A program made the position numbers and the translations under genes. The notes under the pieces are model-generated. The model was not told the origin of the DNA. It did no database searches and saw only the letters and a list, made by a program, of their open reading frames with translations. This document shows positions 1 through 9,773 of a stretch of 64,000 nucleotides of DNA, in pieces. This DNA comes from an uncultured Chloroflexia bacterium (lineage in GTDB: Bacteria > Chloroflexota > Anaerolineae > Anaerolineales > UBA4823), in contig CAVWDI010000036.1 of NCBI GenBank assembly GCA_963753725.1, positions 67,565 to 131,564 of the forward strand, given 5' to 3'. The first letter of the stretch is position 1. The number at the start of each line of letters is the position of its first letter.

Positions 1-466
1 CCGCCAGGACGATGAAATCCGTCCAGGACAGCAGCGCCTGGTTATAGAAGTTCTCTGAGTTGAAAGGAAGCCAGGACATTGTGGCATACCCGGCAAGCCA
101 ACCTGAAAAAAATGCGAAACAACAACCGATCAACAATCCAATCAGATTTTTGAGAAAATAAGGAACAGAACCGATCACTGTACCCAGTGAGACACCCACC
201 AGAGGCGCCATCAATGGCGCCAGGCTGGCGCCCAGGACTAAAAGGGCTGGCTCGTTGAGCAGAATACCAGAGCTCATCACTAATCCGGCTATTAATGAGA
301 ACAGGAAGAAGTCAAATGAGGGCGCGGCACGACGAGCGACCACGTCCAGTAAATTCGCCTGTTCGTGGGCTTCAAGCGGGGCTAATATGCGGCTGGCACG
401 CCGCCGGCGGGCGGGAGGTAAATTGTTTGGATCGTCCGGGTGTTGGTCAATGCTTGGAATAGTCAT
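1..466 (-). CDS. DUF389-like integral membrane protein, N-terminal part (3' end lies beyond the window edge)
   Basis: My own minus-strand translation from the ATG at 466-464 gives MTIPSIDQHPDDPNNLPPARRRRASRILAPLEAHEQANLLDVVARRAAPSFDFFLFSLIAGLVMSSGILLNEPALLVLGASLAPLMAPLVGVSLG... and stays open to position 1. The hydrophobic N-terminus resembles DUF389/TIGR00341. The start overlaps the stop of the upstream HAD gene (ATGA at 463-466). It is absent from the ORF track because there is no stop in the window. Confidence 0.55.
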   Translation of the reverse strand, partial: MTIPSIDQHPDDPNNLPPARRRRASRILAPLEAHEQANLLDVVARRAAPSFDFFLFSLIAGLVMSSGILLNEPALLVLGASLAPLMAPLVGVSLGTVIGSVPYFLKNLIGLLIGCCFAFFSGWLAGYATMSWLPFNSENFYNQALLSWTDFIVLA

Positions 467-933
467 TTTCTTAGACTGGCAACGAGGCGTATAGGTTTTT
501 GGAGTAGTTCGAAAGCGGTTCCGATGTCTGGTACTACCAGGTCGGCAGAATTGAGCGTTTCAACTGCAGCGCCTTCTGCCGAAAGCACACATATTCCGAT
601 GGCAGCGTTTTTCAACATGGCAGCATCATTTGCGCCTTGTCCGAAGGCGATAACCTTTTGAGCGCCGATTTCTTCAATATAAGCAGCTTTTTGATCTTGT
701 TCTCCCCCTGGTTGAATGCGGATGATTTGCAGGTTTAATTTGCGTTCGATTTGAGATTGACGGCCGTGCGTGTCCGCAGTCAGCAGGTGCACCTCCAGGC
801 GATCCCGGAGCTCGTTTATCAAGCGCGGCACCCCCTCAATCAGATGTCCATCAACAGCGATCGTTCCATTGATATCGCTGACCAGGTATTCGAGTTGAAT
901 TAACCCGCGTCCGGGGATATTCAATTCAATCAT
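463..933 (-). CDS. HAD-superfamily hydrolase, soluble P-type-ATPase-like
   Basis: 156 aa. HAD-like motifs are present: VSDINGTIAVDG (motif I-like), LTADTHG, and GQGANDAAML (GDGxND-like). Confidence 0.7.
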   Translation of the reverse strand: MIELNIPGRGLIQLEYLVSDINGTIAVDGHLIEGVPRLINELRDRLEVHLLTADTHGRQSQIERKLNLQIIRIQPGGEQDQKAAYIEEIGAQKVIAFGQGANDAAMLKNAAIGICVLSAEGAAVETLNSADLVVPDIGTAFELLQKPIRLVASLRK

Positions 934-1031
934 GAACCTATTATAACCTTTTCAACTCGTGTAAAATAGGGTCGTTAATTTTTGTGTTTGGAAAATGTAA
1001 GAATAGTATATTTATTGTGCGCTATTTATCT

Positions 1032-2087
1032 ATGAAGATTTTAAGATCTGCCTTGACGGCTGTGGTAATTGTGATCCTTTCTGCTTGTAGTTCCAGCAGC
1101 GGGGTAACTCAAACCCAATCTGCGCTTGAAGCTACCAACACCCCCATTCCTAGCGCTACCCCAACGCCACTCTCGACATCTACAACAGGACCAGCAAGGA
1201 TCATCCTTTATACGCCACCCGGTTCGGATTTACCTCTTGCGCAAGAAATTGAACCTACCCTTGCAGGTCTGGCGGAGCAAGCTGGTTTCCAGTTTGAAAG
1301 GGTTTCAGAGCCAATTGAGACCTACCTGACGAATGAGGTCAAATTGGTGGTCCTGCTTCCACCTGATCCCGGAATCATTACTCTCGCCCAAGTATATCCA
1401 GGAATTCATTTTTTAGGAATTGGAATCCCTGGCCTTATGCCGTCGAATAACGTAAGCGTTATCGGAGCGGCAGGTGATCGACCAGACCAACAGGGTTTTA
1501 TTGCGGGATATCTGAGTACAGTGCTGACCGAAGATTGGCGAGTGGGCACGATCACCGCCGGAGATACAATCTCCGGAAATGCAGCCAGGAACGCCTTTAT
1601 CAACGGCGTTGTATTCTTTTGCGGTTTGTGCAGACCCGTTGTGCCTCCTTTTATTAATTACCCTGTCTATTATGACCTGTCAACCAACGCTACCCCCGAA
1701 GAAGGGCAATTGGCGGTGGATTTTTTGATCAGTCAGGGAGTAAAAACAGTATATGTCTATCCGGGAGTTGGGGATCAAAGGCTTTTAGAGAGCCTCACGC
1801 AGGCAGGAATCAAACTGATCGGCGGAATCGACCCTGCTGCCAATTTGGAGAGCAATTGGATTGCATCGGTTCAGTCCGATTTGTCAAGCGCATTGAAAGA
1901 TATTTGGCCGCGGATCGCAGCTGGCGATGCAGGGATTGAAGTAAATCCCTCTCTTCAAATTACAAACCGTAATGAAACATTATTCAGTCCAGGCAGACAG
2001 CGACATGTTGAACAAGTTCTCGACGAGCTTCTGTCCGGTTATATTGATACTGGAATTGACCCCCTGACTGGAGAAAAGACCTATTGA
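1032..2087 (+). CDS. Lipoprotein, divergent BMP/Med-like substrate-binding protein
   Basis: ATG at 1032 gives MKILRSALTAVVIVILSACSSSS (signal peptide plus lipobox Cys), followed by a Pro/Thr/Ser-rich linker. QQGFIAGYL resembles SGFLAGALAA of the adjacent bona fide BMP protein. The ORF track starts at 984. Confidence 0.45.
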   Translation: MKILRSALTAVVIVILSACSSSSGVTQTQSALEATNTPIPSATPTPLSTSTTGPARIILYTPPGSDLPLAQEIEPTLAGLAEQAGFQFERVSEPIETYLTNEVKLVVLLPPDPGIITLAQVYPGIHFLGIGIPGLMPSNNVSVIGAAGDRPDQQGFIAGYLSTVLTEDWRVGTITAGDTISGNAARNAFINGVVFFCGLCRPVVPPFINYPVYYDLSTNATPEEGQLAVDFLISQGVKTVYVYPGVGDQRLLESLTQAGIKLIGGIDPAANLESNWIASVQSDLSSALKDIWPRIAAGDAGIEVNPSLQITNRNETLFSPGRQRHVEQVLDELLSGYIDTGIDPLTGEKTY

Positions 2088-2480
2088 ACCATAATATTAA
2101 TATAGATCAATATAATTTGGGGTATACTATCCCAACATTTTACTGGTATATGCAGAGTTTTATCCAACAGTGAACTACGCACAAGCTGTTCATCCAGAGG
2201 AATAAAAAAACTTTGAGTTGTATTAGAAAATCAATCAACCCCTCTCGATTTCTTGAAGCTTCAGACACAAAATTGCCTATCTTGTGGAGCATAATCCCGT
2301 GTAAATAGGCCGCGTAAACAGGCGAGTTCTGGCAAATAAAAGTGAAGAATGGCACATTGAGGAACAGTTTTAATTGTGTTAAACTAAAGGAGGCAAACAT
2401 AATCTAAAGACTGCAAAATCAGATTCAAAAACAATCTTAAAAGATTAAATCCCAAAATTTTAACCTGGAGGAGTAAAAAT

Positions 2481-3509
2481 ATGTCTAAAAAAGCTTTGTT
2501 GTTTTTCAGCGTGCTCGTGATTTCCGTGATGCTGCTGGGAGCCTGTGCTCCACAGTCTGGTGAAGCGGATTGTTCGAGCGATGACGTGTTATGCGTCGGT
2601 CTGGTCACAGATGTGGGTGAAGTTGATGATAAATCATTCAACCAGTCGGCATGGGAAGGTGTCCAAGCAGTAGAAAAAGATATGGGCGCCCAGATTGATT
2701 ACGTCGAGACCAAGGATGCGAAGGATTACCAATCGAACATTGCTTTGTTCGCCGACAAGGGCTACGATATCATTGTTACAGTCGGTTTTGCGATGGGTGA
2801 CGCTACCATAGAAGCCGCTGGTAAGTATCCGGATATTGATTTTATCGGAGTAGACCAATTCCAGGGTGCGCCTTTGGAAAATGTGACTGGATTGATCTTC
2901 CCTGAGGATAAATCCGGTTTCCTGGCCGGCGCGCTTGCGGCTATGATGACTGAGACAGATACCATCGCGGCTGTTCTGGGGACGGACCTAGTACCGCCGG
3001 TTGTGGCATTCAAAGAAGGTTATGAAGGCGGGGCAAAGTACATCAACCCCGACATTAACGTGATTTCAACCTATCACCCCGGCGGCTTAGACGTTGCGTT
3101 CACAGATCCCGAATGGGGCGCAACCACAGCTAAGCAGGCTATGGATCAGGGCGCGGACTTTGTCTTCGGCGCTGGCGGTAAAACCGGAAATGGGGCCATT
3201 ATTGAGGTGGCCGGTAACGAAGGTTCATACTGTATCGGTGTTGACTCTGACCAATGGGGGACTGTACCTGAAGCACACCCGTGCTTAATTTCGAGCGCGA
3301 TGAAACTGATCACCCCTGGTGTAACGGGCTTGATCACCAACTCAGTTGAAGGCAGTTTCCCGGGCGGCAACTTCCTGGGACCCGTTGGATTGGCGCCCTT
3401 CCATGACCACGAAGATGCTGTTCCGCAAGAAGTTAAGGATAAGCTGGAAGAGATCGATACAGCATTGAAGGATGGTTCCATCAGCACAGGCTACAATCCT
3501 GGTGGATAA
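2481..3509 (+). CDS. BMP-family (Med/PnrA-type) ABC transporter substrate-binding lipoprotein
   Basis: Lipoprotein signal MSKKALLFFSVLVISVMLLGAC and an RBS ggagg upstream. BMP-like blocks are present: DKSFNQSAWEG, GYDIIVTVGF, DFIGVD, SGFLAGALAA, AFKEGYEGGAKYINP. Cognate permeases and ATPase follow. Confidence 0.85.
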   Translation: MSKKALLFFSVLVISVMLLGACAPQSGEADCSSDDVLCVGLVTDVGEVDDKSFNQSAWEGVQAVEKDMGAQIDYVETKDAKDYQSNIALFADKGYDIIVTVGFAMGDATIEAAGKYPDIDFIGVDQFQGAPLENVTGLIFPEDKSGFLAGALAAMMTETDTIAAVLGTDLVPPVVAFKEGYEGGAKYINPDINVISTYHPGGLDVAFTDPEWGATTAKQAMDQGADFVFGAGGKTGNGAIIEVAGNEGSYCIGVDSDQWGTVPEAHPCLISSAMKLITPGVTGLITNSVEGSFPGGNFLGPVGLAPFHDHEDAVPQEVKDKLEEIDTALKDGSISTGYNPGG

Positions 3510-3543
3510 TCAGAAAACGATTGAGGACCATTGATTGAAAAGG

Positions 3544-3595
3544 ACAACGTGCGAAACACCTTTCAGGTGCGACGCACGTTGTTTTTTAAATTTTT
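3544..3595 (+). terminator. Intrinsic terminator after the binding-protein gene
   Basis: A 10-bp stem, acaacgtgcg (3544-3553) pairing with cgcacgttgt (3573-3582), has an inner cacct/aggtg pairing and is followed by tttttaaatttttt. Confidence 0.7.
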
Positions 3596-3696
3596 TCACA
3601 CGTTCTAATTCTTTATAGATAATAACTTTACGGGTTAAATCAAGACGGGTAAAATGTCTTTTATCCATTATCCACGGTTCTGAGCGAGGTATTAAT

Positions 3697-4816
3697 ATGA
3701 GCGATGAACAATCACCCTCAACACAATCACGATCATTCAGGTCCGTATTAAATTCGATATGGCGAGCGATCAGCGTTCCACTCGGCGCAGTGATTCTTGC
3801 ATTGGCGATCGGAGCGATCATCCTGCTAATTTCCGGCGCCAATCCAATCCAAGCGTATGCGGCGCTGTTTAAGGGCGCATTTGGAAGTCCAGCCGCGATT
3901 CAACGTACTTTGGAGAAAGCAACGCCGTTAATTTTCAGCGGATTGGCCGTAGCGTTTGCTTTTAAGGCAGGCCTATTCAATATCGGCGCTCAAGGACAAC
4001 TGCTGTTCGGCGCTTTGACTGCGGCTGTGGTTGGTTTTGCCATTCAGGGAGTACCCCCTATCCTGCACGCGTTTTTAGCATTATTGGTAGGTGGAATTGC
4101 TGGAGCGTTGTACGGCGCAATACCAGGTGCTTTGAAGGTTTATACAGGGGCGAATGAAGTAATAACGACGATTATGTTGAATTACATTGCTATCAATATA
4201 ACCGATTATTTTGCCGATGGGCCTCTGAAAGACAACTCCCCCGGGAATATTGTAGCCAGGACACCAGAGATACTCGAATTCCGCCCGGATTCCAACATTT
4301 TTTGGTATCCCATTGGGTTTTGTGCTTGGAATTATCGCGGCTGTGATTATCTGGTGGATATTATGGTATACGACAAAAGGTTTTGAAATCCGTACGGTAG
4401 GGCTCAACCCAAATGCGGCTCGCTATGCAGGAATGAAAGTGGGTTTCACAATTATTTTAACCATGGTAATCAGCGGTTTTCTTGCGGGGATTGGCGGCGG
4501 GATCGAAACATTAGGAGTGGTAGGACGTTACCAACCGGGTTTTAATGTTGGCCTGGGTTTTGATGGTATCACGATAGCGCTGCTTGGCCGGACTCATCCA
4601 TTCGGAGTGATACCGGCCGCGATCCTGGTAGGAGCGATGAAAGCCGGTTCCGCTCAGATGCAGTTCAGCGCTGGTGTAGCCAAAGAAATTACAGACGTTA
4701 TCCAGGCTTTGATCCTATTCTTTGTAGCGGCCGATATGATAGTAAGGAAAGTTTTCCGGATAAAAGAGGTGGAAGTTGAACGTCCGGCTTTGAGTACGGG
4801 TTGGGGACAGCAATAA
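3697..4816 (+). pseudogene. ABC transporter permease (BMP-family system), split by one frame shift near 4262-4282 (provisional; may be an assembly indel)
   Basis: ORFs 3697..4386 and 4313..4816 together make a normal ~370-aa permease. Removing one base of GAATTC (4276-4281) gives ...TPEIL(E/D)SARIPTFFGIPLGFVLGIIAAV.... Confidence 0.8.
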
Positions 4817-4832
4817 TCAGGAGGCATATGAT

Positions 4833-5864
4833 ATGACAACCATGACGACTGCTCACAATTCGCTAACAGGACAATTTCTACGAAAACTCTCCCGCTGGAC
4901 TACATGGATAATTTTCGGTCTGGCAGCGTTAATTGCGGTTATTGCCGGATATTTATTGGATCCGCGTGTAACCGCAGCAGTTTTAGCATCTGCTGTACGC
5001 CAATCAACTCCGCTCGTGTTAGGCGCTATGTGCGGGTTAATCGGGGAACGTGCCGGAGTAATCAACATCGGAATCGAAGGCCAGATGCTGATGGCGGCAT
5101 TTATCGGTTTTCTTGTGAATGTCTGGACTGGCAATCTTTTAATCGCTGTAATCGCTGGTGTTATGACTGGCGCATTGTTAGGAGCGCTGCTGGCTTTCAT
5201 GTCGGTCACATTAATGATCGACCAGATCATCGGAGGGTCTGTGATCAATATCCTTGCTCTGGGTCTGACCGGTTATTTTTATACAGCTGGTTTAACCACT
5301 GAGGGAAAAATGGGACCTATCTCATTGGGACCGCTGGCTGATCTCCCACTGATCGGACCAGTATTGTTCAATAATCCTCCGATTACATACTTAACAATTA
5401 TTTTAGTATTTGTCGTGCACTATGTGTTGTTCCATACGAAGTGGGGTCTGCGTACCAGGGCTGTTGGAGAACACCCTAGAGCGGCGGACACAGTAGGTGT
5501 GAACGTATATTTTATGCGCTATGCCAATGTGATCATTGGTGGTGGTTTCGCTGGATTGGCTGGCGCATTTTTAACTTTGGAAGCGGTGGGTTCTTTTGAA
5601 CGTGCGATGACCAATGGACGCGGGTTTGTCGCCCTGGCAGTGATGATTTTTGGCAGGTGGACGCCGCTGGGATCATGGGGGGCAGCCTTGTTGTTCGGTC
5701 TGGCTTCTGCGGTTCAAACTCAGCTGCAGTTTGGAGGAAAGGTAGATATCCCACACCAATTTATTGGGTTATTACCTTACTTGCTGACGATCGTCGTATT
5801 GGCGGGATTTGGCGGTCGGGCTCGTCCGCCTGCGGCTGACGGTGTTCCGTATAAGAAAGAATAG
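4833..5864 (+). CDS. ABC transporter permease (second membrane component)
   Basis: 343 aa, polytopic. It carries GERAGVINIGIEGQML and RTRAVGEHPRAADTVGVNV blocks typical of BMP-system permeases. Confidence 0.85.
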   Translation: MTTMTTAHNSLTGQFLRKLSRWTTWIIFGLAALIAVIAGYLLDPRVTAAVLASAVRQSTPLVLGAMCGLIGERAGVINIGIEGQMLMAAFIGFLVNVWTGNLLIAVIAGVMTGALLGALLAFMSVTLMIDQIIGGSVINILALGLTGYFYTAGLTTEGKMGPISLGPLADLPLIGPVLFNNPPITYLTIILVFVVHYVLFHTKWGLRTRAVGEHPRAADTVGVNVYFMRYANVIIGGGFAGLAGAFLTLEAVGSFERAMTNGRGFVALAVMIFGRWTPLGSWGAALLFGLASAVQTQLQFGGKVDIPHQFIGLLPYLLTIVVLAGFGGRARPPAADGVPYKKE

Positions 5865-5867
5865 CAG

Positions 5868-7472
5868 ATGGATAAGGATATCTCTATGAGCGATCAGATA
5901 GCACTTGAAGTCCATAACATAACAAAACGATTTCCCGGCGTCTTAGCAAACGACAACGTGGATTTTACGCTCAAAAAGGGTGAAATTCATGCTTTGCTGG
6001 GTGAGAATGGCGCCGGAAAAAGTACGTTAATGAACGTGATTTACGGCTTATATACTCCTGAAGAGGGTGAGATTCTGCTGAATACAAATCACGGAACAAA
6101 CGGGCTGCAGAAGGTGGACATTGAAACGCCTCACGATGCAATCAAGTACGGTATCGGTATGGTCCACCAACATTTTATGCTGGTTCCGGTGTTCACAGTA
6201 GCAGAGAACATGATCCTGGGAGATGAGGTTACGCGCGGTCCAAGCCTGGACCTGCGGACTGCCCGCCGTCAAATTAGCCAACTTTCCGAAGATTATGGTC
6301 TTGAAGTAGACCCGAATGCTGTGGTTGAAGATTTATCAGTTGGTGTCCAGCAGCGGGTGGAAATATTAAAAGCTCTTTACCGGGAGGCCAGGATTCTTGT
6401 ATTAGATGAGCCAACTGCGGTACTTACGCCTCAGGAAGTGGAAGATTTATTTAAAGTAATGCGCCAACTCACTGACCGGGGAGTCTCGATAATCTTTATT
6501 ACCCACAAACTGAAAGAAGTGCTGGCGATCGCGGATGAGATCACAGTAATGCGGCGGGGTAAAGTGGTAGGCAATACCACACCCTCCGAAACGGATGAAC
6601 AAGGTCTGGCTGCGATGATGGTTGGACGTGATGTGATCTTGTGGATAGATAAAGAACCTGCTCAACCGAAGGATGTCGTCCTGAGTGTCAAGAACCTAAA
6701 TGTAAAGGATGACCGTGATATGCTGACTGTTCGAGATTTATCGTTCGAAGTCAAAGCTGGTGAAATTTTAGGTATTGCAGGGGTGCAGGGCAACGGTCAG
6801 AAAGAATTGGTGGAAGCGCTGACCGGACTTCGAGAGATCGAAGATGGATCAATCACATTGAATGGTCAGGAACTGCCAGCAGTTAATCCTCGCGCGCTGG
6901 TGGAATTAGGCGTGGCGCATATCCCCGAGGACCGCCATAAACACGGCTTAGTACTGCCGTATTCCATTTCAGATAATACAGTTTTGAATACGTATTACCA
7001 ACCACCGTTTGCTAAAGGACTGCAACGTAATCAAAAAGCGGTGCTTGAAAATTCGGAAAAATTGATCGAACAATTTGATGTGCGCACACCCAGCGCATTA
7101 TTACCTGCCAGCAATTTGTCAGGCGGCAACCAGCAGAAAGTGATTGTTGCCCGTGAATTAGGCCGACCGATTAGTTTGCTCATAGCTAACCAACCCACAC
7201 GCGGTTTGGATGTGGGGTCGATCGAATACATTCACAGCCAGATTGTCGACCGGCGGGATAAGGGGATTGCCGTACTGCTTGTCTCTGCTGAACTCGATGA
7301 GGTATTGTCCTTGTCTGACCGCATATCCGTAATGTACCACGGCGAAATGGTTGCGACTGTAGATGCAGATGACGCCTCCCGTGAAGAATTAGGCTTGTGG
7401 ATGGCTGGCTCACATGAGGATGAAGAACAGGATATTGAAAGTGAGGACAATATACCTGTAGAACAAAACTGA
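5868..7472 (+). CDS. ABC transporter ATP-binding protein with duplicated nucleotide-binding domains
   Basis: Walker A GENGAGKST, signature LSVGVQQRVEI and Walker B ILVLDEPT in the first domain. The second domain has GVQGNGQKEL, LSGGNQQKV and LLIANQPTRGLD. Confidence 0.9.
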   Translation: MDKDISMSDQIALEVHNITKRFPGVLANDNVDFTLKKGEIHALLGENGAGKSTLMNVIYGLYTPEEGEILLNTNHGTNGLQKVDIETPHDAIKYGIGMVHQHFMLVPVFTVAENMILGDEVTRGPSLDLRTARRQISQLSEDYGLEVDPNAVVEDLSVGVQQRVEILKALYREARILVLDEPTAVLTPQEVEDLFKVMRQLTDRGVSIIFITHKLKEVLAIADEITVMRRGKVVGNTTPSETDEQGLAAMMVGRDVILWIDKEPAQPKDVVLSVKNLNVKDDRDMLTVRDLSFEVKAGEILGIAGVQGNGQKELVEALTGLREIEDGSITLNGQELPAVNPRALVELGVAHIPEDRHKHGLVLPYSISDNTVLNTYYQPPFAKGLQRNQKAVLENSEKLIEQFDVRTPSALLPASNLSGGNQQKVIVARELGRPISLLIANQPTRGLDVGSIEYIHSQIVDRRDKGIAVLLVSAELDEVLSLSDRISVMYHGEMVATVDADDASREELGLWMAGSHEDEEQDIESEDNIPVEQN

Positions 7473-7582
7473 GTTAGAAATCTCATCAAAATATAAGGTT
7501 TTGGGTGGGTTAAAATCTCATCACAAAACCTCTTTTTACTTAAATAGATATTACGATTGATACTCAGTAATATGATCTCCCA

Positions 7583-9732
7583 ATGATTAAAGATCAAAGA
7601 TTAGAAATCCCTGTTTCGGGTATGGACTGTGTTGATTGCACAGTTCACGTACGTAAAGCCATCGCGGGATTGCCTGGTGTGTATTCGGTTGAGGTATATC
7701 TCGCCTCAGAAAAGGCAGTTGTCCAGATGGATCCGAACCTGGTGGAAATGGGGGATATTAAGCGGGCGGTTGAAAAAGCTGGATATTCAGTGCCAGACAA
7801 AGAAGATGAGTCTCAGCAAATGGGGGACACCAGAAGTTTTTCTCGCGCGATATTCATCCTATTAGCGATCCTATTCGGGGTGGTTTTATTTACAGTGATC
7901 GTTGGAGAATGGCTGGGTCTTTTTGATGTGTTGATGGCTTATGTACCCTGGCCAGTGTGGGTCGCGATTATTGTGATCATTGGGTACCCGGTATTTCGAA
8001 GTGTTCTAAGGGCTACCCTGCAGCGTCAGATCATCGCGCATACACTGATGACTGTGGGTGTTCTGGCGGCGCTGGCAGCTGGGGAGTGGGCGACAGCCAT
8101 TATTGTTACATTCTTTATGCGCATTGGGGATTATGTCGAGCGCTTCACAACTGAGAAAGCCCGCCAGTCAGTCAGGGGATTGGTCGATATGGCCCCTCAA
8201 ATGGCGCGGGTTGAGAGGGGAAGCGAAGAATTTGAAATTCCTGTCGAGCATGTGGAAATTGGCGAGACGGTCCTGCTGCGCCCGGGCGAAAAAATCCCGG
8301 TGGATGGAGAGGTTTTGAGTGGTTACGCGAGTATTGACCAGGCCGCAATTACTGGTGAAGCCATGCCCCTGGATGCGGGACCCGGCTCACAGGTTTATGC
8401 GGCTTCGCTGGTGCAGTCCGGTAGTCTGAAGGTGCGTGCGCTGCAGGTTGGCGCCGATACAACCTTTGGACATGTTGTTAATCTGGTTGAAGAAGCGGAG
8501 ACTCAGAAGGCTGAAGTACAGCGGCTGGCAGACCGCTTTTCTGGATATTTCCTGCCCCTTGTAGCAGTCGTTGCGTTTTTATCGTACATCATCCGTCGAG
8601 ATCCAATGGCGACAGTTGCCGTATTAGTGGTGGCATGTTCTTGTGCATTTGCGTTGGCCACACCCATCGCCATGCTGGCTTCAATTGGCGCTGGAGCCAG
8701 GCGCGGGATAATGATCAAGGGCGGAAAATTTATTGAATTGCTTGACAAGGTACAGGTACTGTTAATCGACAAGACTGGGACTTTAACGTTCGGTAAACCA
8801 GAGATCGTGGATATTGAACTGCTGGATTCTGGATTCGGGATGGGGGAGGATGAAGGACAAGTAAAATTAGAAATACTGCGCCTGGCAGCTTCTGCGGAAA
8901 GGTTCTCAGAACATCCTCTGGCGAAGGCTTTGGTTTCGGCAGCCAGTGATAAAAATTTAAGGCTGGTTGAACCTCAAGGATTTAAATCTGTTACCGGATT
9001 CGGTGTGGGTGCAAATGTAGATGGATACCAGGTTGAAGTTGGTCGCAGACGGATGTTTGAAATTCAAAACAAAGTTCCTGCCAACCTGGAGCAGCAGTTG
9101 AGCATAGAGGATAGTGACAGAAGCCTGATTTACGTGGCAGTAGACGGCCAGGTTGTGGCAGTCCTGGCTGCAGCTGATGTTATGCGCGGTGAAATACCCG
9201 CAGCCATGGATGATATTTACGCTCTGGGAATAGAAAAAGTTAAAGTTTAACAGGAGACCGCCAGCAGACTGCGGCAGATCTGGTTGCACAGATAAAACAG
9301 GGAATGACAAATCGGAACCCCATAGAATTTTCGGCTGACCTGCTTCCTGAGGACAAGATAAAGATTGTAAAGGCATACCAAACGGGTGGAAATATGGTTG
9401 TGATGGTCGGTGACGGAGTCAATGACGCGCCTGCGCTTGCTCAAGCAGATGTTGGCATTGCGATGGGCGCGGCTGGCAGCGATATTGCGATTGAAGCTGC
9501 GCATGTAGCCCTGATGCGCGATGATTGGTCATTGGTACCTGAGGTTTTCCAGATATCGCGCCGAACGATGCGGGTAGTTAAGATGAATATCCTGTTCACA
9601 GGACTATATAACCTGGTGGGATTGACCCTGGCCGCATTCGGAATATTACCCCCGGTCCTGGCTGCCGCGACTCAATCTCTCCCGGATTTGGGCATTCTAG
9701 CAAATTCATCGCGCTTGCTTCGCCAAAAGTGA
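7583..9732 (+). pseudogene. P1B-type heavy-metal-translocating ATPase, split by one frame shift at 9246-9248 (provisional)
   Basis: HMA domain GMDCVDCTVHV, TGE (AITGEAMP), DKTGTLT, and GDGVNDAPAL in the second ORF. Adding one T to the T3 run restores ...LGIEKVKVLTGDRQQTAADLVAQI.... Confidence 0.85.
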
Positions 9733-9773
9733 AGCTGTATTGGTCAACAGTGTTGTAACTTCAAAAGATGGGA

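Noticed and set aside
255-661. Plus-strand ORFs 255..494 and 440..661
   Set aside because: They overlap the much better supported minus-strand DUF389-like and HAD genes, and they have no motifs.
2088-2480. A possible riboswitch (purine or nucleoside type) in the 390-nt leader of the BMP binding-protein gene
   Set aside because: I read the region for the conserved purine-riboswitch loops and junction and for other familiar aptamer cores and found none. It is an AT-rich spacer, and a covariance-model scan would be needed to be sure.
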